Assembly: GCF_964194155.1 (NCBI RefSeq)
Contig: NC_135891.1
Span: 17,298,001-17,362,000 of the forward strand
Direction: 5' to 3'
Length of the DNA: 64,000 bases
Source of the DNA: Cetorhinus maximus
Taxonomy: Eukaryota
This document shows positions 62,161 through 64,000 of the stretch, in pieces (positions within the stretch are counted from its first letter, which is position 1; every line of letters begins with the position of its first letter). The notes beneath the pieces were generated by a model. It worked only from the letters and a program-made list of their open reading frames with translations. It had not been told where the DNA came from and did not search any database. A program made the translations under genes and the position numbers.

Positions 62161-64000
62161 CAGGGCCAGGGAGAGAAATCATGGGCCCTGGTGCTTCTCC
62201 AGTTTCCAGCCATCTTATTTGTTATCTCCCCCCACCCCTCTAACCCTGCCCCCCGCTTCAATCATGCATGATATTTTTCCCCTTTCCAGATCCACCAATT
62301 AATTCACCAAACAATCATAGAAAGTTCCTAATAAAATGGTTATGCCAATTGTTGGCATCTGGTCACAAATATTGTCCAATATATATGTAGCATGGGTCAC
62401 TAGCATTAAGAACAGCAATGATATAATGCAGTGTTAGTTTGTGTACACCCTATAGGTGATCCCACCGTGACTTAAACAAGCCAGAAAGTACAAATTTTAC
62501 TTCAGCATCATACAATATTATTAATTTGACAGGAAAATATACCATTAGTTATTTATAACACTGTGCAGATGATAACACTGACTTTGGTGACACCCTCGGC
62601 CCTCATTAATATGTTCTGCACATTGCATCAAATGGACACGATGACAGTAAATTCATATTTGAGAGAAGATTAATACTTGCAATCTAGGTAAACTGCACAA
62701 GATCCTTTCCATTCTGTAGAAGTAGAAGACTGCCTGGGTCCATGATATTATTCAATATAATTATTTCATACAAGGGGTGTAATTGGATTCTATTTTATCA
62801 GTAATCTCACAGGGTATAAAGATGAAATGACTCTTGAGCAACAAAATAGACTGATTTAACAACATGGGTCTTCACTGTCAGTAAGAAGAGTTGGAGTCCT
62901 CAGATGTCTCTGTGCGACACAACTTTTAAGAGGCCAGAACACAAAGACTGAATGGTTCACATTGTATCTGTTTTCTTGATCACGATGTCTGAGGACTCTG
63001 CTGATTGCTGCTATTCACTACAATATATTTTCAATATCTACCCTGCCACACAATCTTATCACAATATTTTAATACATCAAAAAACTCATAAAAGCACCAA
63101 GATCATAAGTAAGTAAACAAAAGGACAAGATTGAAGTCAATGGAAAAGACTTTTGAGAATCATGTGCAGTGTAAAACAGGTTACTGATTCACTATGAACC
63201 CACTACGCACCCCTGCCCTGGCGATTTCACCCCACCAAGCCTGCTCAGGAAACTTCTAGAAGCAACAAAATAAACACAACTCCAGCCATGATTCCATCCC
63301 CTGTTCGCAAGATTATTATGGATGACAAAGGCCATCCAGCCCAGCTTATCTCATCCATCAAAATGACATATGAACATATGTATTAGGAGCAGGAGTAAGC
63401 CATTCGACCCCTCGAGCCTGCTCTGCCTTTTGATAACATTGCCTACATTATACGAGTGACTACTACAACTCAAAAGTACTTAATTGTCTGTAAAGAGATT
63501 TGAGACATTGTGAAAGGTGCTGTATAAAAGTAGGTTTTGTGTTCCTATCATTAGACCTGCACGCAGTTGGCAGAGTGACAGTAGCAATGGTGAAATTGGA
63601 GGCCCAAAGCTGATTCTCTAAGGATAATTAATCATAGAGCAATCAACTGATATTAGGAAAGTGACTACAAAGAAATCACTACATTTACAAAACAACTCAA
63701 CTCTTAATACAACCTTACCATTCTAACTTCTCTGGCACCAACCCACAATATACAATAAATGGCATCTGCCTCTTTTATGCTAATGACACTATCCCCAGGA
63801 TTTGTCAATCTCACATGTACCAGCAGCTCAGGAAAAATGTACATTGATCTGAATTTTTCAGACAAGAACGATACATGGTACAGAAACTCAGTATGGCCTT
63901 AACTCAAGAACTGGATTGTTTCCACTTCCCCCAGAAGCTGTCATACAAATTGTGTTTTAAACTGTGAATTTATCTGGGGTGAACCTGGGAATGAGTGGAG

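Noticed and set aside
46964-64000. Terminal SS18L1 exon (GQYGNYQQ*)
   Set aside because: Searched by eye and no AG-preceded match was found; probably outside the window, though I could have missed it.

Overview
Vertebrate genomic DNA. The repeat families (CR1 LINEs, Deu-type SINEs, palindromic Penelope-like repeats) suggest a cartilaginous fish; this is an inference. The window holds a head-to-head gene pair. PSMA7 coding exon 1 lies on the minus strand (797-898). SS18L1/CREST coding exons 1-10 lie on the plus strand (1272-46963) and join into an open 395-codon frame. The last SS18L1 exon (GQYGNYQQ* in human) was not found and probably lies beyond the window. The introns are packed with transposons: a nearly complete two-gene PIF/Harbinger element, a second degraded Harbinger, many Harbinger-type MITEs, a 1.4-kb foldback element, a full-length decayed Ty3/Gypsy provirus, a solo LTR, CR1/L2 fragments, SINEs and a near-perfect 94-bp-arm hairpin insertion with a 15-bp target-site duplication (TSD). 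There is a 200-N assembly gap. I see no convincing wholly new biological system. The best leads are the GC donor with an immediate in-frame stop after SS18L1 exon 10, sense-strand transposon splice sites inside SS18L1, and the hairpin and foldback elements.
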